NCBI GenBank assembly: GCA_944389925.1
Contig: CALXOD010000054.1
Span: 1,211-65,210, forward strand
From: an uncultured Victivallaceae bacterium
Lineage (GTDB): Bacteria > Verrucomicrobiota > Lentisphaeria > Victivallales > Victivallaceae
Direction: 5' to 3'
Length of the DNA: 64,000 nt
In this document: positions 44,745 through 55,304 of the stretch, piece after piece
Position numbering within the stretch: the first letter of the stretch is position 1
How the letters are laid out: each line of letters begins with the position of its first letter
Position numbers and translations under genes: made by a program
Notes under the pieces: model-generated
What the model was told of the DNA's origin: nothing
What the model saw: only the letters and a program-made list of their open reading frames with translations
The model's database searches: none

Positions 44745-45610
44745 GAGCCTGCCTCTCTCCAATTTACTTGCACCAGGGTGTTGTCAATCAGCCGGGTCTT
44801 TCCGAAATACGCAGCCAGGAGTGCCAGCACTTCATGGGTGTCAGCAGTCGGTTTTTCCAACGTATCGGCATCCAGAATTTCCACATAATCCACTCGGTCG
44901 GCACATTTCCCGATTTCGAGGGCCATCGCTTCACGAATGGCCTCCACTGCATCCAGCCCCGCGGTACGCAGTGCGGGAGCGGCAGCACGCAGCGTACGGG
45001 ACAGCACCCGGGCCCGTTCCCGCTCCTCAGCGGAGAGATAACTGTTGCGCGAACTCAGGGCTACGCCATCCTCGTCCCGTACCAGCGGCGATACCACGAT
45101 CTCCACCGGAAAATTCAAATCCCGCACCATGCGCCGGATCACCAGAGCCTGCTGCGCATCTTTCTGCCCGAATACCGCTACCTCGGCCTGGGTCAGCAGA
45201 AACAGTTTCGCGACCACCGTCGTCACTCCGCGGAAATGGCCGGGACGCAAAGCGCCGCACAATCCCTGTGACAACCGGGTTTCCTCCACCCATGTACTCC
45301 GATCCGGCGCATACATATCCTCCGGACGCGGCGCGAACACCACATCCGCGCCATGCGCTTCGCAGGCACGCCGATCATGTTCGAAATCCCGCGGATACTG
45401 TTCCAGATCCTCCTGAGGTCCGAACTGAATCGGATTCACAAAAATGGTAACTACTACAATATCAGCCCGTTTGCGCGCCGCATCAATCAGCGACAAATGT
45501 CCCGCATGGAGAAATCCCATAGTGGGAACCACCCCGATACGTTTTCCTTCGCGGCGGGCTGCCAGCGCGAATTCCTGCATCTCACGGGGATTCTGTATGA
45601 CTTTCATCAT
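44732..45610 (-). CDS. panC: pantoate--beta-alanine ligase
   Basis: ORF 44732-45673. The start is probably ATG 45610 (MMKVIQ), about 10 nt after GGAGGAG. Motifs: VPTMGFLHAGHLSL, FVNPIQFGP, FGQKDAQQ. The 3' end overlaps the hisD start by 13 nt. Confidence 0.9.
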   Translation of the reverse strand: MMKVIQNPREMQEFALAARREGKRIGVVPTMGFLHAGHLSLIDAARKRADIVVVTIFVNPIQFGPQEDLEQYPRDFEHDRRACEAHGADVVFAPRPEDMYAPDRSTWVEETRLSQGLCGALRPGHFRGVTTVVAKLFLLTQAEVAVFGQKDAQQALVIRRMVRDLNFPVEIVVSPLVRDEDGVALSSRNSYLSAEERERARVLSRTLRAAAPALRTAGLDAVEAIREAMALEIGKCADRVDYVEILDADTLEKPTADTHEVLALLAAYFGKTRLIDNTLVQVNWREAGSCVN

Positions 45611-45726
45611 CTTCTGCATTCTCCTCCGGGCATCCGCCAGGATTGCCCGTTTATAAAAAAAGGCCCGGAACATTCCGGGCCGTCATCATGATCGGAAACA
45701 CCTTGCAGTATTTCCTCCGGAATGGC

Positions 45727-46731
45727 TTACACTGTAACCAGCCAGCCGTGTCGATCCGGCCGGATTCCGTGCTGAATACCGGTCATTTCCTCGTACAGCG
45801 ACTTAAGAACCGGTCCGATTTCGGTACCATATTCATACACTTTGTCACCGTCGAAAATCCGCCCGACCGGCGTCAGAACCACTGCCGTACCGCAGGCTGC
45901 CACTTCCTTGAATCCAGGCAATTCCGTCTTGCGTACCGGACGCTGTTCCACCTTCATCCCCAGATCCCGGGCAATCTGCATCAGCGAACGGTTGGTCACG
46001 CTGGGCAGCACCGAAGGCGACTTGGGCGTGACATACACCCCATCGGCAGTGATGGCCAGAAAGTTGCTGGTCCCGAATTCGTCAATGAATTCATGAGTTT
46101 TCGGATCCATGAACAGCGCCACGGAACAATGATGTTCCTTGGCGATCCGACTGGGATAAAGGCTGGCGGCATAATTGCCGGCAGCTTTGATGTGCCCGGT
46201 GCCATGCGGCGCCGCGCGGTCGTAATCCAGCGAAATCATCGCATCGACCGGCTTGATACCTCCCTTATAATAAGGACCAACCGGCACTACGATGAAGATC
46301 AGCTGATAGGTCAGACTGGAAGAAATCCCGATCTGCGGCGTGGTACCGATCATCACCGGTCGGATATACAACGAACCACCGGTTCCGAAAGGCGGCACAT
46401 ATTCCACATTGTCCGCCACGACCCGCCGGACCGCCTCCACGAAGCGTTCCACCGGAAACTCCGGCATCAACAGATGACGAGCGGAACTGTTCAGCCGCTC
46501 GCCGTTGGCGTCCGGCCGAAACACCCGAACCGCACCATCCTGGCAGCGGAAAGCCTTCAGCCCCTCGAAGATCGCCTGCCCGTAATGCAGGCAATTGGAA
46601 GCCACCGACAACGTCAGATCATAAGTTTCGAACAGTTCGCCATCGTCCCATTTGCCGTCGCGGTAAGTATACCGCAGGTTGGATTTGGTGGGACGGAACT
46701 CAAATCCCAGCTTTTCCCATTCAATGTTCAT
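45727..46731 (-). CDS. ilvE: branched-chain amino acid aminotransferase (long form)
   Basis: ORF 45727-46758, with the start at MNIEWEKLGFEF (46731). Class IV aminotransferase motifs: YGQAIFEGLKAF, GGSLYIRP, GTGHIKAAGNY, GTSNFL, EVAACGTA. Confidence 0.92.
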   Translation of the reverse strand: MNIEWEKLGFEFRPTKSNLRYTYRDGKWDDGELFETYDLTLSVASNCLHYGQAIFEGLKAFRCQDGAVRVFRPDANGERLNSSARHLLMPEFPVERFVEAVRRVVADNVEYVPPFGTGGSLYIRPVMIGTTPQIGISSSLTYQLIFIVVPVGPYYKGGIKPVDAMISLDYDRAAPHGTGHIKAAGNYAASLYPSRIAKEHHCSVALFMDPKTHEFIDEFGTSNFLAITADGVYVTPKSPSVLPSVTNRSLMQIARDLGMKVEQRPVRKTELPGFKEVAACGTAVVLTPVGRIFDGDKVYEYGTEIGPVLKSLYEEMTGIQHGIRPDRHGWLVTV

Positions 46732-46992
46732 AAAACACCCGCCTTCAGAAAAACACAACTCTGATCAATATCAATGTTTCCGATCAATAATATACCGCTA
46801 TCGATGCCAATAGCAACCCCCGGAACAAGAAAAACCGGCCCGTTCCCCCCGATTCTCTGCCAATATCCGGAAAAAACCTTTAAAAAAACGATTCCGGTGT
46901 GGAATTTTCAGCAGGGTGGTCTATGTTAATGAGTAATGTCTGAAAGACTGTTATATTATAAAAGCCGATATTTTTATTGGAGGACTTCAATC

Positions 46993-47580
46993 ATGTCGAT
47001 GATTCGTACTCTCACGGGCGGAATGATGGCTCTGACACTGATGCTGACCGCAGGTTGTTCCTGGTTCAGCAACGACATCCCCGCTGACAATACCGAACCG
47101 CTGCCGCCGGCTTACGGTGATCCCCTCGCCGGTAACCATATGGGGTTGACGGATGGCGGTGCCTGGGGCGAAGGCTCCAATGAAGGCTCTCTTGGCGATC
47201 CGGCCGCCGGAGAATGGACTCCCGTGGATCCGGAAGGCAACCTCGGCTTCCCGATCATCTACTTCGCGTATGACACCGATGAACTCGTGCCGTCCGAAAC
47301 CGCCAAGCTGGATCGCGTCAACGACTATCTCGCCCAGCAGAGCGATCTCGGCCTGATCATCGAAGGCCATTGCGACCAGCGCGGTACGGAAGAATACAAC
47401 CGGGCGCTGGGTGACCGCCGTGCCAATGCCATCCGTGCTTATCTGACCGGACTGGGGCTTTCGGATGCGCGCATCAAAACCATCAGCTATGGCGAAGACC
47501 ATCCGGCTGTGGAAGGAAGCGGCGAAGCCGCCTGGAGCAAAAACCGCCGCGGCGTCCTGGTTCCGGCACGTATGAACTGA
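46993..47580 (+). CDS. pal: peptidoglycan-associated lipoprotein (OmpA family)
   Basis: ORF 46936-47580, with ATG 46993 after GGAGGA. Lipobox LTAGC. OmpA-like domain: [38 protein letters not shown]. Confidence 0.88.
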   Translation: MSMIRTLTGGMMALTLMLTAGCSWFSNDIPADNTEPLPPAYGDPLAGNHMGLTDGGAWGEGSNEGSLGDPAAGEWTPVDPEGNLGFPIIYFAYDTDELVPSETAKLDRVNDYLAQQSDLGLIIEGHCDQRGTEEYNRALGDRRANAIRAYLTGLGLSDARIKTISYGEDHPAVEGSGEAAWSKNRRGVLVPARMN

Positions 47581-47609
47581 GCCGTCGGCTGCCACCCGAT
47601 GCCTTGCGG

Positions 47610-47648
47610 GGCCGTCCGGTTCGGAGAAATCGGACGGCCTTTCGTCCT
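47610..47648 (+). terminator. rho-independent terminator candidate after pal
   Basis: Stem GGCCGTCCG (47610-47618) / CGGACGGCC (47631-47639), followed by TTTCGTCCTT. Confidence 0.55.
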
Positions 47649-47710
47649 TAATAAATTCTGATTTTCACAGCATAAAAACACTTAACGACTTTAGAAGGAA
47701 CGATCTACCG

Positions 47711-48910
47711 ATGAGCAAGATTCACGCTGATCACATTTTCACTTCGGAATCCGTTTCCGAAGGGCATCCCGATAAGGTTTGCGACCAGATTTCTGATGCG
47801 ATTCTCGACGCCTGCCTGATGCAGGACCCCGACAGTCGCGTGGCCTGCGAAACACTGGCCACCACCAATCTGGTGGTTGTCTCCGGAGAAATCACCACCA
47901 AGGCGAAAGTCAACTGGCAGGAAATCGCCCTCAACGTCGTGCGTGACATCGGGTACAACGATCCCGATGTCGGCTTCTCTGCCGACGATGCCAAAGTGAT
48001 GATCTGCATCCATAAACAGTCTCCGGATATTTCTCAGGGCGTTACCGAAGGCGAAGGCGCTTACACCGAACAGGGTGCGGGCGACCAGGGCATGATGTTC
48101 GGCTATGCCAGCAATGAAACGGCGGAACTGATGCCGGCCACTATTCTTTATGCGCACAAAATCGTGGAAGAACTCGCCCGGCTCCGCAAAACGGAACCGG
48201 AAAAATACGCCTTCCTGCGCCCCGACTCCAAAAGCCAGGTGTCGATCCGTTATCAGAACGGCAAACCGGTTTCGCTTGAAACGGTCGTCGTCTCGCATCA
48301 GCACGCGCCCGACATGAAAAACGAACAGCTCGAACAGCTTGTCCGTGAAGTCGTGGCCCGGGTCATCCCCGCCGAACTGATTACGCACGAAGTCCAGTAT
48401 TACATCAACCCCACCGGACGGTTCGAAATCGGCGGTCCCCATGGCGATACCGGACTGACCGGACGCAAAATCATCGTTGACACCTACGGTGGCGTCGGCT
48501 CTCACGGCGGCGGTGCCTTCTCCGGAAAGGACCCCTCCAAAGTAGACCGTTCGGCTGCCTATATGTGCCGCTATATCGCCAAAAACATCGTCGCCGCCGG
48601 TCTCGCCGGGAAATGTGAAGTACAGGTTTCCTACGCCATCGGTGTTGCGGATCCGCTTTCGATCAACGTTGACACTTACGGAACCGGCGTCATCGCTGAT
48701 GATGCCAAACTCGAACAGCTGATCCGGGAAGTCTTCTGTCTGAAACCGGCCTCCATTGTGCGGGAACTCGGCCTCAAACACCCCGGAAACGTTTGGTGCT
48801 ACCGTGACACCGCCGCCTACGGACATTTCGGCCGCAACCGGTTCCCGTGGGAAAAGACCGACAAAGCCGAAGCCCTCATCGCCGCAGCCAAACGGCATCA
48901 GCTGATCTGA
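47711..48910 (+). CDS. metK: S-adenosylmethionine synthase
   Basis: 399-aa ORF with [48 protein letters not shown]. Confidence 0.96.
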   Translation: MSKIHADHIFTSESVSEGHPDKVCDQISDAILDACLMQDPDSRVACETLATTNLVVVSGEITTKAKVNWQEIALNVVRDIGYNDPDVGFSADDAKVMICIHKQSPDISQGVTEGEGAYTEQGAGDQGMMFGYASNETAELMPATILYAHKIVEELARLRKTEPEKYAFLRPDSKSQVSIRYQNGKPVSLETVVVSHQHAPDMKNEQLEQLVREVVARVIPAELITHEVQYYINPTGRFEIGGPHGDTGLTGRKIIVDTYGGVGSHGGGAFSGKDPSKVDRSAAYMCRYIAKNIVAAGLAGKCEVQVSYAIGVADPLSINVDTYGTGVIADDAKLEQLIREVFCLKPASIVRELGLKHPGNVWCYRDTAAYGHFGRNRFPWEKTDKAEALIAAAKRHQLI

Positions 48911-48912
48911 CC

Positions 48913-49905
48913 ATGCCGTCCCGCGGAATACTGGGTGTCGGGTCGGCACTGGTAGATGTGCTGGCCCGGGTTGATGATGCGTTTCTTCCCCGGGTCGGGG
49001 GAGAAAAAGGCGGCATGGTCATGGTCGAAAGCGAGCGCCAGGATGAATGGATCGCGGCGCTCCCCTACCCTCCCGCCATGGCTCCCGGAGGCGCGGCGGG
49101 GAATACGATCTTCGCCCTGGCACGAATGGGAATGCCGGTTGCCATGCTTTCAAAACTGGGCCAGGATGACTGCAGCGCCTTTTACCGGAAACGTCTCCTG
49201 GAGGCGGGTGGCACGGATGCAGAATTTCTGGAAACCAATGCAGCCCAGACCGGCCGGTGTCTGTCATTGATCACTCCGGACTCCGAACGAACCATGCGTT
49301 CATATCTCGGAGCATCCCAGCTGCTGACTGCGGCAGAAGCGGCAGCGGTGGACTATTCCCGTTATGATCTGGTCTATATGGAAGGTTATCTTCTCTTTCT
49401 TCCGGATGTAGTGCCGACTGTCCTGCGCTGTGCGCGAAAGGCCGGTTGCCGGACGGCTGTGGATCTGGCGTCATTCGAAGTCGTCCGGATTTTCCGGGAA
49501 CAGCTGCTCGAATTGCTGGAACACGATGTGGATCTGGTTTTCGCCAACGAGGAAGAGGCCGCGGCACTGCTGGGAGACGGCTTCTCCGAGCAGGAGATGG
49601 CATTCCGTCTGGGCGAACTCTGCGACGTAGCAGCGGTCAAGCTGGGCAGTCGCGGTTCGCTGATCGTCCATAATGGGGTCCTCACTCCGGTGGCGGCCGT
49701 ACCGGCACAGGCGGTAGACACAACCGCGGCCGGAGACAGCTGGGCGGCAGGATTTCTCTACGGCTATCTGCACGGGTTGCCGGATGCTTCCTGTGGCCGT
49801 CTCGGTTCGCTGGTCGCAGCGGAAGTTGTACAGGTCATGGGCTCGGAACTTCCTCCGGAACGCTGGGACATGATCCGGATGGAAATACAAACAATGAAAG
49901 CGTAA
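48913..49905 (+). CDS. PfkB-family kinase, probably adenosine kinase
   Basis: ORF 48847-49905, with ATG 48913 two nt after the metK stop. Ribokinase-like fold with GGAAGNT and [16 protein letters not shown]. Adenosine specificity is inferred from its position between metK and ahcY. Confidence 0.7.
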   Translation: MPSRGILGVGSALVDVLARVDDAFLPRVGGEKGGMVMVESERQDEWIAALPYPPAMAPGGAAGNTIFALARMGMPVAMLSKLGQDDCSAFYRKRLLEAGGTDAEFLETNAAQTGRCLSLITPDSERTMRSYLGASQLLTAAEAAAVDYSRYDLVYMEGYLLFLPDVVPTVLRCARKAGCRTAVDLASFEVVRIFREQLLELLEHDVDLVFANEEEAAALLGDGFSEQEMAFRLGELCDVAAVKLGSRGSLIVHNGVLTPVAAVPAQAVDTTAAGDSWAAGFLYGYLHGLPDASCGRLGSLVAAEVVQVMGSELPPERWDMIRMEIQTMKA

Positions 49906-49912
49906 CATCATC

Positions 49913-51319
49913 ATGGAATACCAAGTCAAAGACATCCAGCTTGCCGCCTTCGGGCGCAAGGAAATCGAAATCGCCGAACACGAAATGCCCGGTCTCATGG
50001 CCACCCGGGCTAAATATGGTCCGGAACAGCCGTTGAAAGGGGTCCGGATCTCCGGCAGTTTGCACATGACCATCCAGACCGCCGTCCTGATCGAAACGCT
50101 CAAGGCGCTGGGCGCCGACGTACGCTGGGCCTCCTGCAATATCTTCTCCACCCAGGACCATGCAGCGGCGGCCATCGCTGCGGCCGGTGTCCCTGTCTTC
50201 GCCTGGAAAGGAGAAACCCTGGAGGAATACTGGGAATGCACGTACCGCGCCCTGACCTGGCCGGACGGCAGCGGTCCGGACCAGATCGTGGACGACGGCG
50301 GTGATGCAACGCTGCTGATCCATCGTGGACGCATGGCGGAAATCAATCCGGCCATTCTGGACGAACCTACCGATGTACACGAACTGCAGGTCATCAATCA
50401 GCTGCTCAAGCGGGTGCAGCAGCAGGACAACCGGCATTGGCACAAGGTTGCCGAACGGGTGCGCGGCGTTTCCGAAGAAACCACTACGGGAGTCCACCGG
50501 CTGCTGCAGATGGAAGAACGCGGCGAACTGCTGTTCCAGGCGATCAACGTCAACGACTCCGTCACCAAAAGCAAGTTCGACAACATCTACGGTTGCCGCC
50601 ACTCGCTGACCGACGGCATTAAGCGGGCGCTGGACGTCATGCTCGCCGGCAAAACGGTTATGGTCTGCGGCTATGGCGACGTCGGCAAAGGATCTGCCGA
50701 AGCCCTGCGCAACGAACGCGCCCGGGTCCTGGTCAGTGAAGTCGACCCGATCTGCGCCCTCCAGGCCTGCATGGCCGGTTACCGGGTCTGCACGGTGGAG
50801 GATGCGCTGCCGGAAGCGGATCTTTTCGTTACCACCACCGGCAATTGCGACATCATCACTGCCGAACACATGGCCGCCATGAAGGATCAGGCCATCGTCT
50901 GCAATATCGGCCATTTTGACAATGAAATCCAGGTCAGCCGCCTGGAAAAAATGCCCGGTGTGGTCAAAATGGAAATCAAAGGCAGTGAATGTCCGGTACA
51001 CCGTTATACCTTCCCGGACGGCCATTCCATCTATCTGCTGGCCGAAGGACGCCTGGTCAACCTCGGTTGCGCCACCGGTCACCCGTCGTTCGTCATGTCC
51101 AACAGCTTCACCAACCAGACGCTGGCCCAGATCGACATCGCGCGCAACGCAGACCGGAAAATCGGTGTCTACCTGCTGAGCAAAAAACTCGATGAGGAAG
51201 TCGCCCGGCTCCATCTGGAAAAACTCGGAGCCCGGCTCACCGTCCTCACCCCTGCTCAGGCCCGGTACATCAATGTTCCGGTGGAAGGCCCCTACAAACC
51301 GGAAAGCTATCGATATTGA
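49913..51319 (+). CDS. ahcY: adenosylhomocysteinase
   Basis: 468-aa ORF with [69 protein letters not shown]. Confidence 0.96.
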   Translation: MEYQVKDIQLAAFGRKEIEIAEHEMPGLMATRAKYGPEQPLKGVRISGSLHMTIQTAVLIETLKALGADVRWASCNIFSTQDHAAAAIAAAGVPVFAWKGETLEEYWECTYRALTWPDGSGPDQIVDDGGDATLLIHRGRMAEINPAILDEPTDVHELQVINQLLKRVQQQDNRHWHKVAERVRGVSEETTTGVHRLLQMEERGELLFQAINVNDSVTKSKFDNIYGCRHSLTDGIKRALDVMLAGKTVMVCGYGDVGKGSAEALRNERARVLVSEVDPICALQACMAGYRVCTVEDALPEADLFVTTTGNCDIITAEHMAAMKDQAIVCNIGHFDNEIQVSRLEKMPGVVKMEIKGSECPVHRYTFPDGHSIYLLAEGRLVNLGCATGHPSFVMSNSFTNQTLAQIDIARNADRKIGVYLLSKKLDEEVARLHLEKLGARLTVLTPAQARYINVPVEGPYKPESYRY

Positions 51320-51360
51320 TTCCGGCCGGGGACGGCGCCTCGCCGTCTTCCCGCCAAACT

Positions 51361-51406
51361 AAAAAAAACGCGAAAAGGAGGAGCATCTCTTCCTTTTCGC
51401 GTTTTT
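51361..51406. terminator. bidirectional rho-independent terminator between convergent ahcY and metY
   Basis: A8 run (51361-51368), stem CGCGAAAAGGA (51369-51379) / TCCTTTTCGCG (51391-51401) extendable inward, then a T5 run (51402-51406). Confidence 0.8.
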
Positions 51407-51438
51407 CCATTTTCTCCGCAATCGGCGGGAGTCCGCAA

Positions 51439-52725
51439 TCAACCGACCCGATTCAAAGCCTGGTCAAAATCCGCGACAATGTCGTCGATGTGTTCGATAC
51501 CGACCGACACCCGAATCAGATCCGGCGACACGCCCGCCGCAATCTGTTCTGCCTCGGAAAGCTGCCGATGGGTCATCGACGCCGGATGGAGCACGCAGGT
51601 CCGCACATCCGCCACATGTACCACAATCGCTGCCAGCCGGAGGGAATTCATCACCACTTCACCCGCCGCCTTGCCGCCGCGCACCCCGAAGCAAAGCACA
51701 CCGGAAGCGCCTTTCGGGAGATATTTCTGACACAAATCCCGCTGCGGGCTGTCCGCCAGCCCCGGATAGTTCACCCAGCCGACCTTCGGATGGCGCTTCA
51801 AGAACTCCGCCAGCGCCAGAGCGTTGGCGCTGTGCCGCTCCATCCGGAGATGCAGGGTTTCGCACCCCATGTTGGATAAATAAGCATTGAATGGAGCCTG
51901 CGGTACTCCGAAATCACGGATCAGCTGTGCCCGCAGTTTCACCGAATAAGGACAAGCCGGAAAATCCCGGGTATAAACCACACCGTGATAACTTTCGTCC
52001 GGCTCCGTCAATCCCGGAAAACGTCCGCAGCCCCAGTCAAAACCGCCTTTTTCCACCACGATCCCCCCAAGGCTGGAGGCATGTCCGTCTATGTATTTCG
52101 TCGTCGAATGGGTCACAATGTCCGCACCGAACCGGAACGGATTGCAGAGCACCGGAGTCGGGAAAGTATTATCCACAATCAACGGCAGACCATGCCGATG
52201 GGCCGCCGCGGCAAAACGCTCAATATCCAGCACGATCAAAGCCGGATTGGCCAGCACTTCCGCAAAAATCGCACGGGTTTCCGGACGGATCGCCGCAGCA
52301 ATCTCCGCCTCGGACGCCTCTGGTGAAATAAAGGTGAAGGAAATCCCCGATTTCTTCAACGTATTGGAAAACAGCGATACCGTCCCCCCATACAAACTGG
52401 ACGCCGCCACCACATGATCCCCGGCCTGCGCCAAATTCATGATCGCCATGGCGTTGGCCGCCTGTCCGGAACTGGTGGCAACCGCAGCGACGCCACCTTC
52501 CAATGCGGCAATCTTCTCTTCGAAAGCCGCCACTGTCGGATTCGCCAGCCGGCTGTAGAAAAAACCATTCGTCTTCAGGTCAAACAAATCCGCAACACTC
52601 TGAGCGTCGTTATATTTGAACGTCGTGCTCTGATACAGGGGCAGCACCCGTGCCTCACCGTTGCCGGGCACATAGCCGGCCTGTACGGCCAGCGTCTCCG
52701 GCCGCCATTTTTTCCACTCATCCAT
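51439..52725 (-). CDS. metY: O-acetylhomoserine aminocarboxypropyltransferase (sulfhydrylase)
   Basis: 428-aa ORF of the Cys/Met-metabolism PLP enzyme family with the MetY-type N-terminus ETLAVQAG...YQSTTFKY, the PLP-lysine region HSTTKYIDGH, and the C-terminus GVSPDLIRVSVGIE. Confidence 0.9.
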   Translation of the reverse strand: MDEWKKWRPETLAVQAGYVPGNGEARVLPLYQSTTFKYNDAQSVADLFDLKTNGFFYSRLANPTVAAFEEKIAALEGGVAAVATSSGQAANAMAIMNLAQAGDHVVAASSLYGGTVSLFSNTLKKSGISFTFISPEASEAEIAAAIRPETRAIFAEVLANPALIVLDIERFAAAAHRHGLPLIVDNTFPTPVLCNPFRFGADIVTHSTTKYIDGHASSLGGIVVEKGGFDWGCGRFPGLTEPDESYHGVVYTRDFPACPYSVKLRAQLIRDFGVPQAPFNAYLSNMGCETLHLRMERHSANALALAEFLKRHPKVGWVNYPGLADSPQRDLCQKYLPKGASGVLCFGVRGGKAAGEVVMNSLRLAAIVVHVADVRTCVLHPASMTHRQLSEAEQIAAGVSPDLIRVSVGIEHIDDIVADFDQALNRVG

Positions 52726-52882
52726 TTCTGAATCCTCCTAACAGACTCCTCCGGCTTCTGCGTTTCCGCCTTTTTCTGATCTCATCCGGAAAGCCGGAAC
52801 ATCCGGAGAGCGTTTCTTTTTCAATCGTCTGATACAGTAACGCCGTTCCGCAGTTATTTCAAACCCATGACGCGCCAATCGG

Positions 52883-52911
52883 TTGAAAACCATCCCCCGG
52901 AGTGCTATATT
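52883..52911 (+). promoter_or_regulatory. sigma70-like promoter candidate for ptsH-ptsI
   Basis: TTGAAA (52883-52888), 17 nt, TATATT (52906-52911), about 100 nt upstream of the ptsH start. Confidence 0.45.
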
Positions 52912-53013
52912 AATTAAACCGAAGTCATGACTCCATGATTGATCGGCGAAAAGAACACCGGTGCCCGCGCGGATTCGCAGCGGATTCCGATTCATGCGGG
53001 AAGAATATCGATC

Positions 53014-53286
53014 GTGAAACGCGCTGTAATTGACGTTACCGTTTCCAATGCCATGGGGCTGCATGCCCGTCCGGCCTCCTTGCTGGTCCGTACGGCATCC
53101 CGTTTTCACTCGGATGTCAGCCTGGTCAAGGACGGCGAGCCTGTCAACTGTAAAAGTGTCCTGGCGCTGATGATGCTATCCGCCGGTATGGGAACACCGT
53201 TACAGATTATTGCGGAAGGCGAAGATGCTGAAGAAGCGGCCGGAGCCGTGGAAAAGTTGTTTCTCGATAAATTCGGAGAGGAGTAG
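53014..53286 (+). CDS. ptsH: phosphocarrier protein HPr
   Basis: ORF 52939-53286. GTG 53014 gives a 90-aa HPr: MKRAVIDVTVSNAMGLHARPAS (active-site His) and NCKSVLALMML (regulatory Ser region). Confidence 0.88.
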   Translation: MKRAVIDVTVSNAMGLHARPASLLVRTASRFHSDVSLVKDGEPVNCKSVLALMMLSAGMGTPLQIIAEGEDAEEAAGAVEKLFLDKFGEE

Positions 53287-53297
53287 ATCCGAACACC

Positions 53298-55094
53298 ATG
53301 GACGAACTCGGCAGGGAACAGACTTTTGCGGCAACGCCGGTTTCGCCCGGGATTGCCATCGGTCGCGCCTGGCCGTTCCGGCACAGCAAGGACTGCAATG
53401 ATGCACCGGAAGAACGGACGATCACCCAGGAGGAAGTGGACGGGGAACTGGCCCGTTTTCGTCAGGCACGCAGTGACACCCGGGAAGAGTTGACGCAACT
53501 GCAACTGCAGCTTCGGGAACAGCTCAACAGCGGAGAAGCTGAGATTTTCGATGCACATCTGCTCATCGTCGATGACCATACCTTGGTCAATGAGGTGGAA
53601 AACTGCATCCGAAATGAACATAAAAGCGCGGATTTCGCGTTTCACAAAGTCATTACCAATTATATTTCCGTGCTGTCTTCCATGCCGGATGAATACCTGC
53701 GGGAACGGGCGCTGGACATTCGCGACGTCGCGACCCGTATCAAAGCGCACCTATGCCACGAGAAGACCGACCATCTTGACCGGCTGAGTGACCGGAGAAT
53801 CATCGTGGCCACGGACCTTGCGCCGTCGGAAACCGCGCTGCTGGATCGAGATAAAGTTCTTGGCTTTGCCATCGAAAGCGGCAGCGCCACCAGCCACACC
53901 GCCATTCTGGCGCGCTCCATGGAACTGCCAGCCCTGACCGGCATTCCACCGGGCCTGCTCGACGGGCTGTCGGCCGATGACACTCTCATCATTGACGGTT
54001 TCACTGGGAAACTCATTCTCAACCCGGATCCCCGTACTGCGGATACCTACCGGTTGAAGGCGGAAGAAGCCGGTCGATTCTATTCTAATCTCCGCCGCGA
54101 AAGCATGCTCATGCCGGAAACCGCAGATGGATTTCTGGTGCAGCTGGCGGGCAATCTCGACACCGATAACGGTCTGAAGGAATTGACACAGGCCGGCGCC
54201 TGCGGCATCGGGCTGTTCCGTACGGAATACCTGTTTCTGAACCGTCGGACCTCTCCCTCGGAAGAAGAACAATTCGAGATTTACAAGAAAATGCTCGCCG
54301 CCACGGAAGGCCGCCCCATTGTGGTTCGTACTCTGGATGCCGGAGGCGATAAGATCGTTTCACATTTCGACCGCACGCCGGAGCAGAATCCGTTTCTGGG
54401 GTTGCGCGGCATCCGGTTATGCCTGCGGGAACGTTCCGATCTGCTGCGGACTCAATTGCGGGCGTTGCTCCGCGCCGGTGTTTTCGGCAACCTGAAAGTC
54501 ATGTTGCCGATGGTTTCCTGCGTGGCGGAAGTCATGGAAGTCCGTTTTCTGGTTACAGAACTCCAGAAAGAGTTGAAACGGGAGAAAAAAGAATACGTTT
54601 CACGGCTGTCCATCGGCGCCATGATCGAAACACCGGCAGCGGCCCTGCAGACCGATCGTCTGGCGGAAATCGTGGATTTCTTCAGCATCGGGACGAATGA
54701 CCTGGTACAATATACCATGGCAATCGACCGCAGCAACGAACGGGTAGCTTATCTGTATCAACCGTCGCACCCGGCTATTCTGGGGCTGATCGCGCGGACG
54801 GTCCGCGCCGCCCGTCGTCATAATATCTGGGTCAGTGTCTGCGGCCAGATGGCGGCGGATCCGGTTTATACGCCGCTGCTGGTGGGGCTCGGTGTCCATG
54901 AGCTCAGCATGGAAGCCAACGCCATCGGTGCAGTACGCCGTGTGGTTCGCGGTCTCTATCTGCACGAAGCGGAAGCCGCCGCCCGCGCCGCCCTCAATGC
55001 AGGCAGTGCGGAAGAAGCCCTGGCCATCTCCCGTGCTCTGTTGCGAAAAGTCGCCCCGCAGGTGGCCAAACTCGTCGCGGCGGACCGAGACTGA
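53298..55094 (+). CDS. ptsI: phosphoenolpyruvate-protein phosphotransferase (Enzyme I)
   Basis: 598-aa ORF with the phospho-His region GSATSHTAILARS, the PEP-utilising TIM-barrel motifs GIGLFRTEYLF and RTLDAGGDK, and IGTNDLVQY. Confidence 0.93.
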   Translation: MDELGREQTFAATPVSPGIAIGRAWPFRHSKDCNDAPEERTITQEEVDGELARFRQARSDTREELTQLQLQLREQLNSGEAEIFDAHLLIVDDHTLVNEVENCIRNEHKSADFAFHKVITNYISVLSSMPDEYLRERALDIRDVATRIKAHLCHEKTDHLDRLSDRRIIVATDLAPSETALLDRDKVLGFAIESGSATSHTAILARSMELPALTGIPPGLLDGLSADDTLIIDGFTGKLILNPDPRTADTYRLKAEEAGRFYSNLRRESMLMPETADGFLVQLAGNLDTDNGLKELTQAGACGIGLFRTEYLFLNRRTSPSEEEQFEIYKKMLAATEGRPIVVRTLDAGGDKIVSHFDRTPEQNPFLGLRGIRLCLRERSDLLRTQLRALLRAGVFGNLKVMLPMVSCVAEVMEVRFLVTELQKELKREKKEYVSRLSIGAMIETPAAALQTDRLAEIVDFFSIGTNDLVQYTMAIDRSNERVAYLYQPSHPAILGLIARTVRAARRHNIWVSVCGQMAADPVYTPLLVGLGVHELSMEANAIGAVRRVVRGLYLHEAEAAARAALNAGSAEEALAISRALLRKVAPQVAKLVAADRD

Positions 55095-55197
55095 TCCAGC
55101 GGTGACTTTCACCCCCAGATCATCGTTTTTCCATGTATCTTCCCCGGCATGATCGTCTCCACGCACTCTTGCGCCCCTTCCCGGGTATAATAACGGA

Positions 55198-55257
55198 CAG
55201 CCTCCGGAAGAAGTCAATCTTCCGGAGGCTGCCATCCCGGCGGCACAACCCGCCGGG
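55198..55257. terminator. two stable hairpins between convergent ptsI and carB
   Basis: Hairpin 1 is CAGCCTCCGGAAGA / TCTTCCGGAGGCTG (55198-55231, 14 bp). Hairpin 2 is CCCGGCGG / CCGCCGGG (55236-55257, 8 bp). Only a weak T-rich tail follows. Confidence 0.45.
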
Positions 55258-55304
55258 GATGATATTTTCTTCACGCAACGCCCGGTTGCTACCGGGATCG
55301 TTCC

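Noticed and set aside
45643-46764. 373-aa plus-strand ORF
   Set aside because: It is antisense to ilvE and is a shadow ORF.
47705-48949. 414-aa minus-strand ORF
   Set aside because: It is antisense to metK and is a shadow ORF.
49835-51214. 459-aa minus-strand ORF
   Set aside because: It is antisense to ahcY (adenosylhomocysteinase), which is highly conserved in the plus frame. It is a shadow ORF.
52726-53013. Possible SAM/S-box riboswitch in the metY leader (minus strand)
   Set aside because: I could not find the conserved S-box core or other SAM-riboswitch signatures by eye, only short generic hairpins. A covariance-model search is needed before any call.
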